A stretch of DNA of 64,000 nucleotides from an uncultured virus (IMG/VR IMGVR_UViG_3300036945_000909) (IMGVR_UViG_3300036945_000909); one strand, 5' to 3'. Counted from the first letter of the stretch, positions 9,389-17,216 are shown. Notes: generated by a model from the letters alone, not told the origin. Numbers and translations: made by a program.

Positions 9389-9550
9389 ATGAAAACTCTA
9401 ACATTACATACAAGCAATCAACTACCAACACAGAAATGTGCGTGGACAGGGAATCGTATGTTTAGTATGATAGAACTACCGCAAGCAAAATCGATTATTG
9501 GCAATGTGGATTATAATAGTTCTTCGTTAGGGGAGGCATCTGGATGGTAA
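9389..9550 (+). CDS. 53-aa ORF at the head of the main tRNA array
   Basis: MKTLTLHTSNQLPTQKCAW..GEASGW*, flanked by ATATTTATA (9376) and a strong terminator. Confidence 0.4.
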   Translation: MKTLTLHTSNQLPTQKCAWTGNRMFSMIELPQAKSIIGNVDYNSSSLGEASGW

Positions 9551-9579
9551 TATAACAAAAATTTATATTTATATTTTGG

Positions 9580-9612
9580 AAACCCTAACTGATATTTAGT
9601 TAGGGTTTTTTG
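9580..9612 (+). terminator. Intrinsic terminator
   Basis: AAACCCTAACT/AGTTAGGGTTT hairpin followed by a T run. Confidence 0.75.
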
Positions 9613-9617
9613 TTTTT

Positions 9618-9689
9618 GGGGATATAGCTCAATGGTAGAGCAACGGACTGTTAATCCGTAGGTTGTAGGTTCGAATCCTTCTATCCCCG
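9618..9689 (+). tRNA. tRNA-Asn (GTT)
   Basis: Cloverleaf; anticodon loop CTGTTAA. Confidence 0.93.
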
Positions 9690-9777
9690 CAATAAGAGTT
9701 CATTGACATATTGGATATTAACTAATGGGCTTTAGTGGGAAGCCGCAAGAACGATAGATGTTGTTCATCCACTAAAT

Positions 9778-9849
9778 GCGAATATCGTATAATGGTTATT
9801 ACTCTAGCCTTCCAAGCCTGAGATGTAGGTTCGATTCCTACTATTCGCT
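9778..9849 (+). tRNA. tRNA-Gly (TCC)
   Basis: Cloverleaf; loop CTTCCAA; U73. Confidence 0.9.
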
Positions 9850-9953
9850 CAATAAACACATTGAAGGTTCGACCCTCTACCAAATATGATATATTCATAA
9901 ATGGATTCATGAGGGAGCTACCTATTGATAAGTGACCGCACAAGCGGTAAAAT

Positions 9954-10024
9954 TGCCTGATGGTGTAGCGGTAGCACAACTGTTTTTGGTGCAGTTAGGG
10001 TAGGTTCGAATCCTGCTCGGGTAA
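9954..10024 (+). tRNA. tRNA-Gln (TTG)
   Basis: Cloverleaf; loop TTTTGGT. Confidence 0.9.
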
Positions 10025-10030
10025 CAATTT

Positions 10031-10104
10031 AGAAGATTAGCTCAGTTGGTTAGAGCATTTGGTTTACATCCAAAGGGTCATAGGTTCGAATCCTATATCT
10101 TCTA
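10031..10104 (+). tRNA. tRNA-Val (TAC)
   Basis: Cloverleaf; loop TTTACAT. Confidence 0.92.
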
Positions 10105-10199
10105 CAATGTGATAATCACTCCATAGAAATATGGTAAGCATCCGATATTAACATCGGACTGGCAATGTGATTATTAAGAGGTAATGAAAAGACTAAATT

Positions 10200-10282
10200 G
10201 GGAGTATCGCATAGCGGCAATTGCGGGGCACTGTAAATGCTCTCCTTCGGGTTCGGCGGTTCGAGTCCGTCTACTCCCACCA
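10200..10282 (+). tRNA. tRNA-Tyr (GTA)
   Basis: Long variable arm; loop CTGTAAA; encoded CCA. Confidence 0.92.
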
Positions 10283-10285
10283 ATT

Positions 10286-10358
10286 GGGGCTTTCGTATAG
10301 CTGGTGCGTACGTTGGACTGAAAATCCAAAGGAAATGGTTCGATTCCATTAGGTCCCA
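10286..10358 (+). tRNA. tRNA-Phe (GAA)
   Basis: Cloverleaf; loop CTGAAAA. Confidence 0.9.
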
Positions 10359-10420
10359 CAAATAAAGTGATATTTGAACAATAAAGTGATTATCTTTATT
10401 AGATAAAATAAGTTTATTAT

Positions 10421-10494
10421 GACTCCGTAGCTCAGTTGGTTAGAGCACCTCACTTTTAATGAGGGAGTCAATGGTTCGAGTCCATTCGGGGTCA
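10421..10494 (+). tRNA. tRNA-Lys (TTT)
   Basis: Cloverleaf; loop CTTTTAA. Confidence 0.93.
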
Positions 10495-10549
10495 CATAGT
10501 AGTTTTGAGGTTGGCGAATTCTACTTTAAAAAAATAATCCATCCACCAA

Positions 10550-10625
10550 CTAGATGTAGAGGAGTCCGGCCTATCTCGCTTCCCTTGGACGGAAGAGCAC
10601 GCAAGTTCGAATCTTGCCATCTAGA
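10550..10625 (+). tRNA. tRNA-Pro (TGG)
   Basis: Cloverleaf; loop CTTGGAC; C1-G72, A73. Confidence 0.9.
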
Positions 10626-10679
10626 CAAGGGGTTTGGTGGAAACCCAATAGTATGTGATGAGCATACATCCACCAATAT

Positions 10680-10756
10680 GAGCATTGAAGCACAATTGGA
10701 CGTGCAACCGGCATGCGGCCGGATTAGGTTATAGGTTCGAATCCTATCTCTGCTCC
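10680..10756 (+). pseudogene. Aberrant tRNA-like element (TGC or GCG loop, no U33)
   Basis: D- and T-arms present; broken acceptor stem; anticodon arm CCGG-CATGCGG-CCGG. Confidence 0.55.
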
Positions 10757-10764
10757 TATAACAT

Positions 10765-10838
10765 TGGTAATTAGCTCATTTGGTTAGAGCATCTCGCTGA
10801 TACCGAGAAGGTGGCAGGTTCGAATCCCGCATTACCAA
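10765..10838 (+). tRNA. tRNA-Ile (GAT)
   Basis: Cloverleaf; loop CTGATAC. Confidence 0.92.
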
Positions 10839-10917
10839 CTAATACGAATCAACCGGGTGGCTGAAACCTGACTAGTAGTGGAGAATACCCACAACCCGGT
10901 CAATGTTCGTATTAATT

Positions 10918-10988
10918 ACGGGTATGGTGCAATGGTAGCATACGGGTCTCCAAAACCTTTGATGGAAGTTCGAATCTTTCTATCCGTG
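10918..10988 (+). tRNA. tRNA-Trp (CCA)
   Basis: Cloverleaf; loop CTCCAAA; G73. Confidence 0.88.
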
Positions 10989-10994
10989 CTAAAT

Positions 10995-11066
10995 AGTTCT
11001 ATGGTGTAACGGATAGCACCTTTCACTACGGATGAAAAAGTTTGGGTTCGAATCCTAATAGAACTA
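10995..11066 (+). tRNA. tRNA-Arg (ACG)
   Basis: Cloverleaf; loop CTACGGA. Confidence 0.9.
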
Positions 11067-11072
11067 CATAAT

Positions 11073-11144
11073 GTCAGGTTGGCCGAGTTGGTTAGGCGGA
11101 GGACTGCAAATCCTTTCACATTGGTTCGAATCCAATACGTGACT
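11073..11144 (+). tRNA. tRNA-Cys (GCA)
   Basis: Cloverleaf; loop CTGCAAA; U73. Confidence 0.9.
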
Positions 11145-11149
11145 CAGAT

Positions 11150-11219
11150 TGCGTGACTTAGTGGAAAAGAACTTTCTCTCATAAGGAAGGTCAATTGAGT
11201 TCGAACCTCAACCACGCAA
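11150..11219 (+). tRNA. tRNA-Met-like (CAT) with a shortened D region
   Basis: TGCGTG/CACGCA acceptor; loop CTCATAA; normal T-arm; D-arm appears truncated. Confidence 0.65.
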
Positions 11220-11284
11220 CGATGGATACTATATTATACATTATATACCATTTTGGGTAATTTTGGATAATATATTATACAAAC

Positions 11285-11370
11285 AGAGAGTTACCCAAGT
11301 CGGTGAAGGGGCCTGTTTGCTAAACAGGTAGGATGTTAAAGTCGCAAGGGTTCGAGCCCCTTACTCTCTA
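11285..11370 (+). tRNA. tRNA-Ser (GCT)
   Basis: Long variable arm; loop TTGCTAA. Confidence 0.88.
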
Positions 11371-11387
11371 CGGAAAAATAATTAATT

Positions 11388-11462
11388 GCTCGTATGGCGG
11401 AATTGGAATACGCAACGGCCTTAGAACCCGTACAATTGAAAGTTCGAATCTTTCTATGAGCA
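11388..11462 (+). tRNA. tRNA-Leu (TAG), short variable arm
   Basis: Leu-type D-arm GGCGGAATTGG; loop CTTAGAA; A73. Confidence 0.82.
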
Positions 11463-11485
11463 CAAACACTTAAACAACGATAATT

Positions 11486-11944
11486 ATGGTTTACAGAAAA
11501 CTGGGAGACAGAACCGAAGTTGATTTAGTAGAATACATTAAAACGTATTTAAACAATCACGATGATGTTGATATTCTAATTGGGTGTGATTCACAAAATC
11601 ACAGATTCCAAACAACCTATGCCATCGTAGTTGCGTTGTATCATAGGGGTAAAGGTGGCCACGTCTTATATAACAAATGGACAGTTCCAAGAGAAAGAGT
11701 AAGACAAACTCGTTTATTAAATGAAGTTTGGTATTCAGTTGAAACTGCTGAATTACTAAGAGAATCAGGAATACCAAAACCAAAGTGGATTGATGTAGAT
11801 TTAAATCCAGATCCACGTTTCAAATCTAACGAAGTGTTTAGACAAGCAGTTGGTATGGTTGAAGGAATGGGTTATCAGGTTAGATATAAATCATTAGGTC
11901 CGATTGCAACATATTGTGCAGACCACTTAGTAAAAAATAATTAA
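11486..11944 (+). CDS. RNase H-fold YkuK/DUF458-like protein
   Basis: IGCDSQ, GKGG, RLLNEV..S, DVDLN..FKSN and YCADH motifs. Confidence 0.8.
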   Translation: MVYRKLGDRTEVDLVEYIKTYLNNHDDVDILIGCDSQNHRFQTTYAIVVALYHRGKGGHVLYNKWTVPRERVRQTRLLNEVWYSVETAELLRESGIPKPKWIDVDLNPDPRFKSNEVFRQAVGMVEGMGYQVRYKSLGPIATYCADHLVKNN

Positions 11945-12054
11945 AAAAACATTTGGATATATAAAATTTATTTTGTATCTTTGTAATGTTGATTTAATAA
12001 CAACATCGTTGATATAAACGATAAAAACGATTATCACATATATTAACGATATTT

Positions 12055-12131
12055 GGACTTGTAGCTCATTTGGTTAGAGCAACTGACTCATAATCAGTAG
12101 GTAATAGGTTCGATCCCTATCTGGTCCACCA
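12055..12131 (+). tRNA. tRNA-Ile2/Met (CAT)
   Basis: Cloverleaf resembling lysidine tRNA-Ile2; encoded CCA; preceded by its own promoter. Confidence 0.88.
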
Positions 12132-12142
12132 AATAAAAGAGT

Positions 12143-12385
12143 ATGATTCCAAAAAGTGAAATGAAGGAAGGTTGGTATAATGGGTTTAGTAGAAACAACC
12201 ATGTAGCATATTGGGATGGTGATCAATTCCAATACATCAGATATTCATTCGGTTTCTATTTGGATACGATTGAACATTTTGAAGATGTTAAAGAAAGTAA
12301 TTTTGATGGATTTGTTCCAGTTGAAAGAATTGAACGAATTTCAAATGATACTCAATGGAAAATTAAAGACGAAATTGGGTATTAA
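12143..12385 (+). CDS. Hypothetical phage protein
   Basis: ORF with WY.G..RN..VAYWDG..F motif. Confidence 0.7.
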   Translation: MIPKSEMKEGWYNGFSRNNHVAYWDGDQFQYIRYSFGFYLDTIEHFEDVKESNFDGFVPVERIERISNDTQWKIKDEIGY

Positions 12386-12469
12386 AAAAAATAAAAAAAG
12401 ATTAGGAAATGTAAAATATTTTTCGTATCTTTATAATGTTCTTTGAAACGATGGTTAGTAAAGTAATAT

Positions 12470-12544
12470 GGTGGTTGTAGCTCAACTGGTTAGAGCATCC
12501 GATTGTGATTCGGAAGGTTGTGGGTTCGAAACCCATCATTCACC
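12470..12544 (+). tRNA. tRNA-His (GTG)
   Basis: G-1 and C73; loop TTGTGAT. Confidence 0.92.
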
Positions 12545-12620
12545 CAAGGAGTTCCCAATCTCAAGTGCTGGTTAGATGAAACACGCTAATCGATGAGCCC
12601 ATCAAAATTGGTGGAATAAT

Positions 12621-12678
12621 AGTCTTGTGGCCGATGGAAAGCTGAAAGAGTGAATGGGTTCGATTCCCATCTTGACTA
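12621..12678 (+). ncRNA. Anticodon-less mini tRNA-like RNA
   Basis: AGTCTTG/CTTGACT acceptor, short D-like arm, intact T-arm ATGGG-TTCGATT-CCCAT, no anticodon stem. Confidence 0.55.
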
Positions 12679-12872
12679 CAATGTATCAAATGTGCAGTGA
12701 AAATAAATGTAGGCATACATATTTGAGGTGGGTTCGAATCCCGTATAATAATTCCAACTCAGGGGGGAAGCCAAGTAACTGAAAACACATTATAGCCGAT
12801 TTGGGTTGTGCACCTCGTCCGAGAAACCCTAATAGTTCCTAATAGACCGGTATGGAACTGATACATATTTTT

Positions 12873-12945
12873 GCTTCCATAGCTCAGTTGGTAGAGCAGC
12901 TGATTTGTAATCAGCAGGTCGTTGGTTCGAACCCGACTGGAAGCT
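12873..12945 (+). tRNA. tRNA-Thr (TGT)
   Basis: Cloverleaf; loop TTTGTAA. Confidence 0.93.
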
Positions 12946-13036
12946 CCGATTGATGTTTCGTTTGATGGTATGTTTTTAAGTTGCCAAAGTGCCGAAAGGA
13001 TTACTTGATAAGTAAAAAGGATAAACCATCGTATTT

Positions 13037-13186
13037 GGCTCTATAATTGTTGAGGTCGCACCAAAGACAATGAGTGGGTGAATGATGATTAAATGTAGGT
13101 GACACTCCTTAATACTAGGATTGGAGAGAAGAGTTGGTGCATTTAGTAAGTAGTTCATAAGATGGGTTCGATTCCCATTGGAGTCT
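13037..13186 (+). ncRNA. tRNA-like RNA with a ~115-nt structured insert
   Basis: GGCTCTA/TGGAGTC acceptor and a perfect T-arm enclose long internal helices. Confidence 0.5.
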
Positions 13187-13452
13187 CAAAACAAATGACG
13201 ACTGAGGTGTAACCCCTCGGTATATAAAATGCAAGATGGTCCTGTTGAAGCCGGAATAGTCATACAGGTCAGCAGAGAGTTACTATAAGTGGGGAGTAAT
13301 TAACCCAATACGAAAATGTAACCACCAATGAAAATTGGTTATGATGTGTAGAATGGACACAAAAAGTTTGTTTTAATCAAAAAAGTGGATTCATCAGTTG
13401 ATGAAAACCAATCGGGGGTTGTCCCACTAGAATGGAAACATCCCCTGCATTT

Positions 13453-13526
13453 GGGACGTTAGTAGAGATGGTTACAATGTCGCCCTGTCACGGCGAAGGT
13501 CACGGGTTCGAGTCCCGTACGTCCCG
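13453..13526 (+). tRNA. tRNA-Asp (GTC)
   Basis: Cloverleaf; loop CTGTCAC; G73. Confidence 0.93.
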
Positions 13527-13658
13527 CAACGAGCAACACAATGGCTATGTGTTAAAACGATGAATAACGTGCCCCTACAATGGAGTAACAAAAGAGCCCT
13601 CATCGGAAAGGAAAGTTCGTAACGAAACCTGCTTACACTTTGGAATGTAAAGTGATAT

Positions 13659-13730
13659 GGCCCTATAATTAAACGGATATAATGCTTCCCTTCTAAGGAA
13701 GACTTGGGAGTTCGATTCTCTCTGGGGCTA
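13659..13730 (+). tRNA. tRNA-Arg (TCT)
   Basis: Cloverleaf; loop CTTCTAA. Confidence 0.9.
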
Positions 13731-13777
13731 CATAAAAATTAAAACGTAAACCATAAAATAAACCAAAACAGAAAAAT

Positions 13778-14206
13778 ATGCAAAATCTTTTTATTAGTAT
13801 TATTATGTTGTTGTCACCAATTGAATTGACATCAACAAATGTAGAAATTGAAGAAAGTAGTTTAGAAGAAATTGGAGTAGTAACGGTCACAACATATACA
13901 TCAACAATTGGAGAATGTGATAGTTCACCCAACGTAACTGCGAGTGGATTTAAAATCAGTAAGAGGAATCCAAAAAAACACAGAATCATTGCCGTAAGTA
14001 GAGATTTAAAACGTAAATTGAAATTCGGTCAGAAAGTAAAAGTAACTGGTGCTGGAAAGTATAATGGTGAATATGTAGTAAGGGATGTAATGAATAAAAG
14101 ATATAGAAGACATATCGATATTCTAATTAATCCCAAAGATAAACAAACTAAATTTTCAAAAGTGAAAATTTATAAAATAAAAGATAAAAAAGATTTGGAA
14201 TTGTAA
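13778..14206 (+). CDS. 3D / RlpA-like domain protein (putative cell-wall hydrolase)
   Basis: Signal-like N-terminus; TTY..CD..PNVTASG, IAVSRDL, V.D.MN.R and IDIL motifs. Confidence 0.8.
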   Translation: MQNLFISIIMLLSPIELTSTNVEIEESSLEEIGVVTVTTYTSTIGECDSSPNVTASGFKISKRNPKKHRIIAVSRDLKRKLKFGQKVKVTGAGKYNGEYVVRDVMNKRYRRHIDILINPKDKQTKFSKVKIYKIKDKKDLEL

Positions 14207-14239
14207 AATAAATTTCGTATCTTTGTATATATCTAAATT

Positions 14240-14325
14240 GCCTCGGTGGAGAAATTGGTAGACTCGCAGCACTTAAAATGCTGTTCTCCGTAAGGGGAGT
14301 GCCGGTTCGACTCCGGCCCGAGGTA
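14240..14325 (+). tRNA. tRNA-Leu (TAA)
   Basis: Long variable arm; loop CTTAAAA. Confidence 0.93.
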
Positions 14326-14440
14326 CAATGTAATGATTCGAAAGAATAGCGGAACAGATGCTAAGAATGAAATGGAAACTTTTGAAACTCGTACAAAGGA
14401 GTGGATTCGAAACAAACCGCACAGACATTACATTATTTTT

Positions 14441-14514
14441 GGGGATGTAGCTCAGTTGGCTAGAGCGATTGCCTTGCACGCAATAGGTCGCAGGTTCGAT
14501 TCCTGTCATCTCCA
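14441..14514 (+). tRNA. tRNA-Ala (TGC)
   Basis: G3:U70; loop CTTGCAC. Confidence 0.93.
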
Positions 14515-14522
14515 CTTTATTT

Positions 14523-14594
14523 GCTCCGTTCGACAAGCGGTTAAGTCACGTCCCTTTCACGGATGAGTCACGGGTTCGATTCCCGTACGGAGTA
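14523..14594 (+). tRNA. tRNA-Glu (TTC)
   Basis: Cloverleaf; loop CTTTCAC. Confidence 0.92.
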
Positions 14595-14624
14595 CAACTA
14601 TCGTTCTTTGATAAAACTAAAATT

Positions 14625-14987
14625 ATGGAAATACTATACATTGGCTTAGGTATATTATCATCGGCTTTTATATTCCTTTTGGGGTATTCGGTGAATGGTG
14701 TATTTAACACACAAAAAAGAATAGTTGAATTGCAAGAGCAAATTAAAACTATTGATGTCAATTTAGGACAGATTGAAGAACACATTCATATCAGAATTAT
14801 TGCAGTTGAAAAAGAACTACAAACAAACATTGATAGAGTGGATAGAGAATCAACAGCATTGTTAGATTCTCGATTAGACAAATTGGAAGTACGAATTCGA
14901 AAGGATATTCCAATTACGAATGATGAATTATTAAAAGAAATGAACGAAATCAAAGATGCGTTCAGGCAAATGAGATTAACTTTATAA
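14625..14987 (+). CDS. Membrane-anchored coiled-coil protein
   Basis: N-terminal TM helix followed by heptad repeats. Confidence 0.7.
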   Translation: MEILYIGLGILSSAFIFLLGYSVNGVFNTQKRIVELQEQIKTIDVNLGQIEEHIHIRIIAVEKELQTNIDRVDRESTALLDSRLDKLEVRIRKDIPITNDELLKEMNEIKDAFRQMRLTL

Positions 14988-15013
14988 ACTAATATAAAGA
15001 ACGATAGTTAAAC

Positions 15014-15101
15014 GGAGAGTTGTCAGAGTGGTCGATTGAGGTAGTCTTGAAAACTACTGCTTGTAACAGGGCCGGGGGTTCGAATCCCTCACTCTCCTCC
15101 A
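15014..15101 (+). tRNA. tRNA-Ser (TGA)
   Basis: Long variable arm; loop CTTGAAA; encoded CCA. Confidence 0.92.
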
Positions 15102-15126
15102 ATTTTTAAATTTAAAACTAAATAGA

Positions 15127-15555
15127 ATGAATGTAAAACAAGCGTTAAAACTAAAAAATAAATTAGTTGGCGAAATTAAGGAGCAATACGAAATTGCAAA
15201 AAAGTATAATTCAATCGAAGAAGGTAATCCTCGTAGATACCAGATTGAAGGAGCATTACAACGTTCCGCAACCTTAACCAAAGAGTTGGTTGAATTGAAA
15301 ACGAAATTACACAAAGCAAATATGCCAGTGTATCATTTAATCTTTGAATTAGCTGAGGCTAAGGGTAGAATTAAAGAATTGAAAAAAATCCCAACGGATG
15401 AAGGTAAACAAGAATCTCGTTATGGTAGTGTCATTTCAGTTAAAGAAGTGGAATTATCAGTAGTTGAGATTGCTGGTAAGATTAGATCAATGGAAGAAAC
15501 TATTGAAAGAATTCAGAATGAGTTGGATATTCATAACTCTAATACCGAAATCTAA
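15127..15555 (+). CDS. DIP1984/septicolysin-like helical protein
   Basis: MN.KQAL..K..L, LK.KLH.AN and IQ.ELD.HN..TEI pattern. Confidence 0.65.
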   Translation: MNVKQALKLKNKLVGEIKEQYEIAKKYNSIEEGNPRRYQIEGALQRSATLTKELVELKTKLHKANMPVYHLIFELAEAKGRIKELKKIPTDEGKQESRYGSVISVKEVELSVVEIAGKIRSMEETIERIQNELDIHNSNTEI

Positions 15556-15560
15556 AAATA

Positions 15561-15760
15561 TTGAGTAGAAGGGGGAGATGATATTTTTCTAATACATTCT
15601 TACAAGACAGCTGTCTGGCACATAGCGGATGAACGATTAAGATATAGAACGATACACAACCTTCAACCCTTTTAGAGTCAACAATCGACCACTTTCAATG
15701 AACTCAAACCTCGCTGAAACCTGGATGTCTTTTAAATTTTGATTCGAACCCTGAAACTCA
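15561..15760 (+). ncRNA. Putative ~200-nt ncRNA downstream of the DIP1984-like gene
   Basis: Ends are complementary (TGAGT..AGGG / CCCT..ACTCA); non-coding with raised GC. Confidence 0.45.
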
Positions 15761-15774
15761 TAAAAAAATCACCT

Positions 15775-16851
15775 ATGGATATTAATCAAATATTTGGAAA
15801 TTCCAAACAATTTAGTAATAACACACAGATCAAGGAATTATTAAATGAGGATGAAATCTATATCATAGATGGAAATCTGATTAAACAATTTTCGTATCGC
15901 ATTGATGATGAAACTCCATATAAAGTTTCCATTAATAATAAAACTATCATTAGAGATAATTTAAAAAAAATAACAGATACATATAAAAAAATTATGTATT
16001 TTGAATCCGAAGAACTTGCATATGATTATGAATCGGTTTCATATTTTTTTGATTTATGTATGGAATATGGAGTTAAGTTATTTGTATATTCATTTAATTG
16101 TAATATTAATGAGTTTTTAAAAGTAAAATATCCAAATCACTATCCTACACAAATATTAGCAAATACTGCATATACGTTAATACAGAATTCTAATGGTATT
16201 AATCCTAATTTGATTAGAACTAAAAATAAAAAATTACTTTTTTTAAATTATAATAGAAAAATAAATAGAGATTTAATAATAACGTATTTTAAGAATTGGA
16301 ATGAGTTATATAATCCAGAAAACATAATTTCATACCATAACAATTATACATTTAATTCAGAGGTATATAAAACTATGTATAAAGATTATGCTGAAAAAAA
16401 TGGGATAGATTTTAATTTTTTAGATTCATTGGTATTACAACCTGAAGAAGTTGATGTTCATAATCAAGATGATGCACAAACCAAAGCACAATTACTACAT
16501 TCTGAATCTAAATTTAACATAATATGTGAACCATTTTTTGGATTGAGTGATAATCCAAATGAATATGAATATTACAACCACACATTAAGTAGAAAAGTAG
16601 TATATCCTATATTGTATAACAATGTTATATTTGTTCACGAACATAGTCCAATCTTATCTAAGACATTAAAAAATTTAGGATTTGAATTGTTTTTTGATAA
16701 TATTGAAGATTTTAAAAATAATATGACAGATGAGTTTTACTATTCAGACGAAACTCAAAGAAAACTCATACATAATAATACGTTATTGGAAAAACTTGGC
16801 TCAAGTTATAAAAAAACTTTAACGGATGAAATAAATAATTTTTTTAATTAA
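15775..16851 (+). CDS. Uncharacterised glycosyltransferase-like phage protein (paralog of 26104)
   Basis: LLFLNYNRK..R, FNIICE, LSRK..YPI and L..LGFELF motifs shared with 26104. Confidence 0.55.
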   Translation: MDINQIFGNSKQFSNNTQIKELLNEDEIYIIDGNLIKQFSYRIDDETPYKVSINNKTIIRDNLKKITDTYKKIMYFESEELAYDYESVSYFFDLCMEYGVKLFVYSFNCNINEFLKVKYPNHYPTQILANTAYTLIQNSNGINPNLIRTKNKKLLFLNYNRKINRDLIITYFKNWNELYNPENIISYHNNYTFNSEVYKTMYKDYAEKNGIDFNFLDSLVLQPEEVDVHNQDDAQTKAQLLHSESKFNIICEPFFGLSDNPNEYEYYNHTLSRKVVYPILYNNVIFVHEHSPILSKTLKNLGFELFFDNIEDFKNNMTDEFYYSDETQRKLIHNNTLLEKLGSSYKKTLTDEINNFFN

Positions 16852-16887
16852 AAATTAAAAATAGTATATATATAAGTATATACAAAC

Positions 16888-16972
16888 GGAGGCGTGGCAG
16901 AGTGGTCGAACGCGGCGGTCTTGAAAACCGTTATACTGCAAGGTATCGTAGGTTCGAATCCTACCGCCTCCG
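16888..16972 (+). tRNA. tRNA-Ser (TGA), second copy
   Basis: Long variable arm; loop CTTGAAA; G73. Confidence 0.93.
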
Positions 16973-17035
16973 CAACCTTATTCTCATGTTGGGCTCAGGT
17001 GAGTGAAAAGCGTACGAGGTTACTGAGTCCTTTAT

Positions 17036-17187
17036 TGTAGTGTGACGAAATTGGCAGACGTGCCCTCCTGTCTCGGGGGTGTGGAATAAAGAAATAGATT
17101 GACAATATGGGGTAGACCACCAGCATGCATGCGAACGATGTTGTCAATTGAATCTCCATTTGAGTGGTTCGAATCCCTTCACTACAG
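17036..17187 (+). ncRNA. tRNA-Asp(GTC)-like RNA with an ~80-nt variable-arm insertion
   Basis: Perfect TGTAGTG/CACTACA acceptor, G73, class-II D-arm, CCCTC-CTGTCTC-GGGGG anticodon arm, T-loop GGTTCGAATCC. Confidence 0.7.
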
Positions 17188-17216
17188 CATTATTAATTTA
17201 ATATCCAGTATCTATA

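Noticed and set aside
10630..12617. TGATGAG / GAAAC words suggestive of hammerhead ribozymes (10656, 12577-12597)
   Set aside because: No CUGANGA core, and I could not assemble the three-stem junction in the correct order.
13600..13636. GGAAAGTTC...GAAACCTGCTTA, resembling RNase P RNA conserved regions
   Set aside because: The two segments are adjacent and do not form P4, and there is no room for a catalytic domain.
9722..14785. Numerous 60-98 aa ORFs on both strands in the tRNA island
   Set aside because: They are translations of tRNA genes or their antisense (e.g. GIEP/RTRT patterns).
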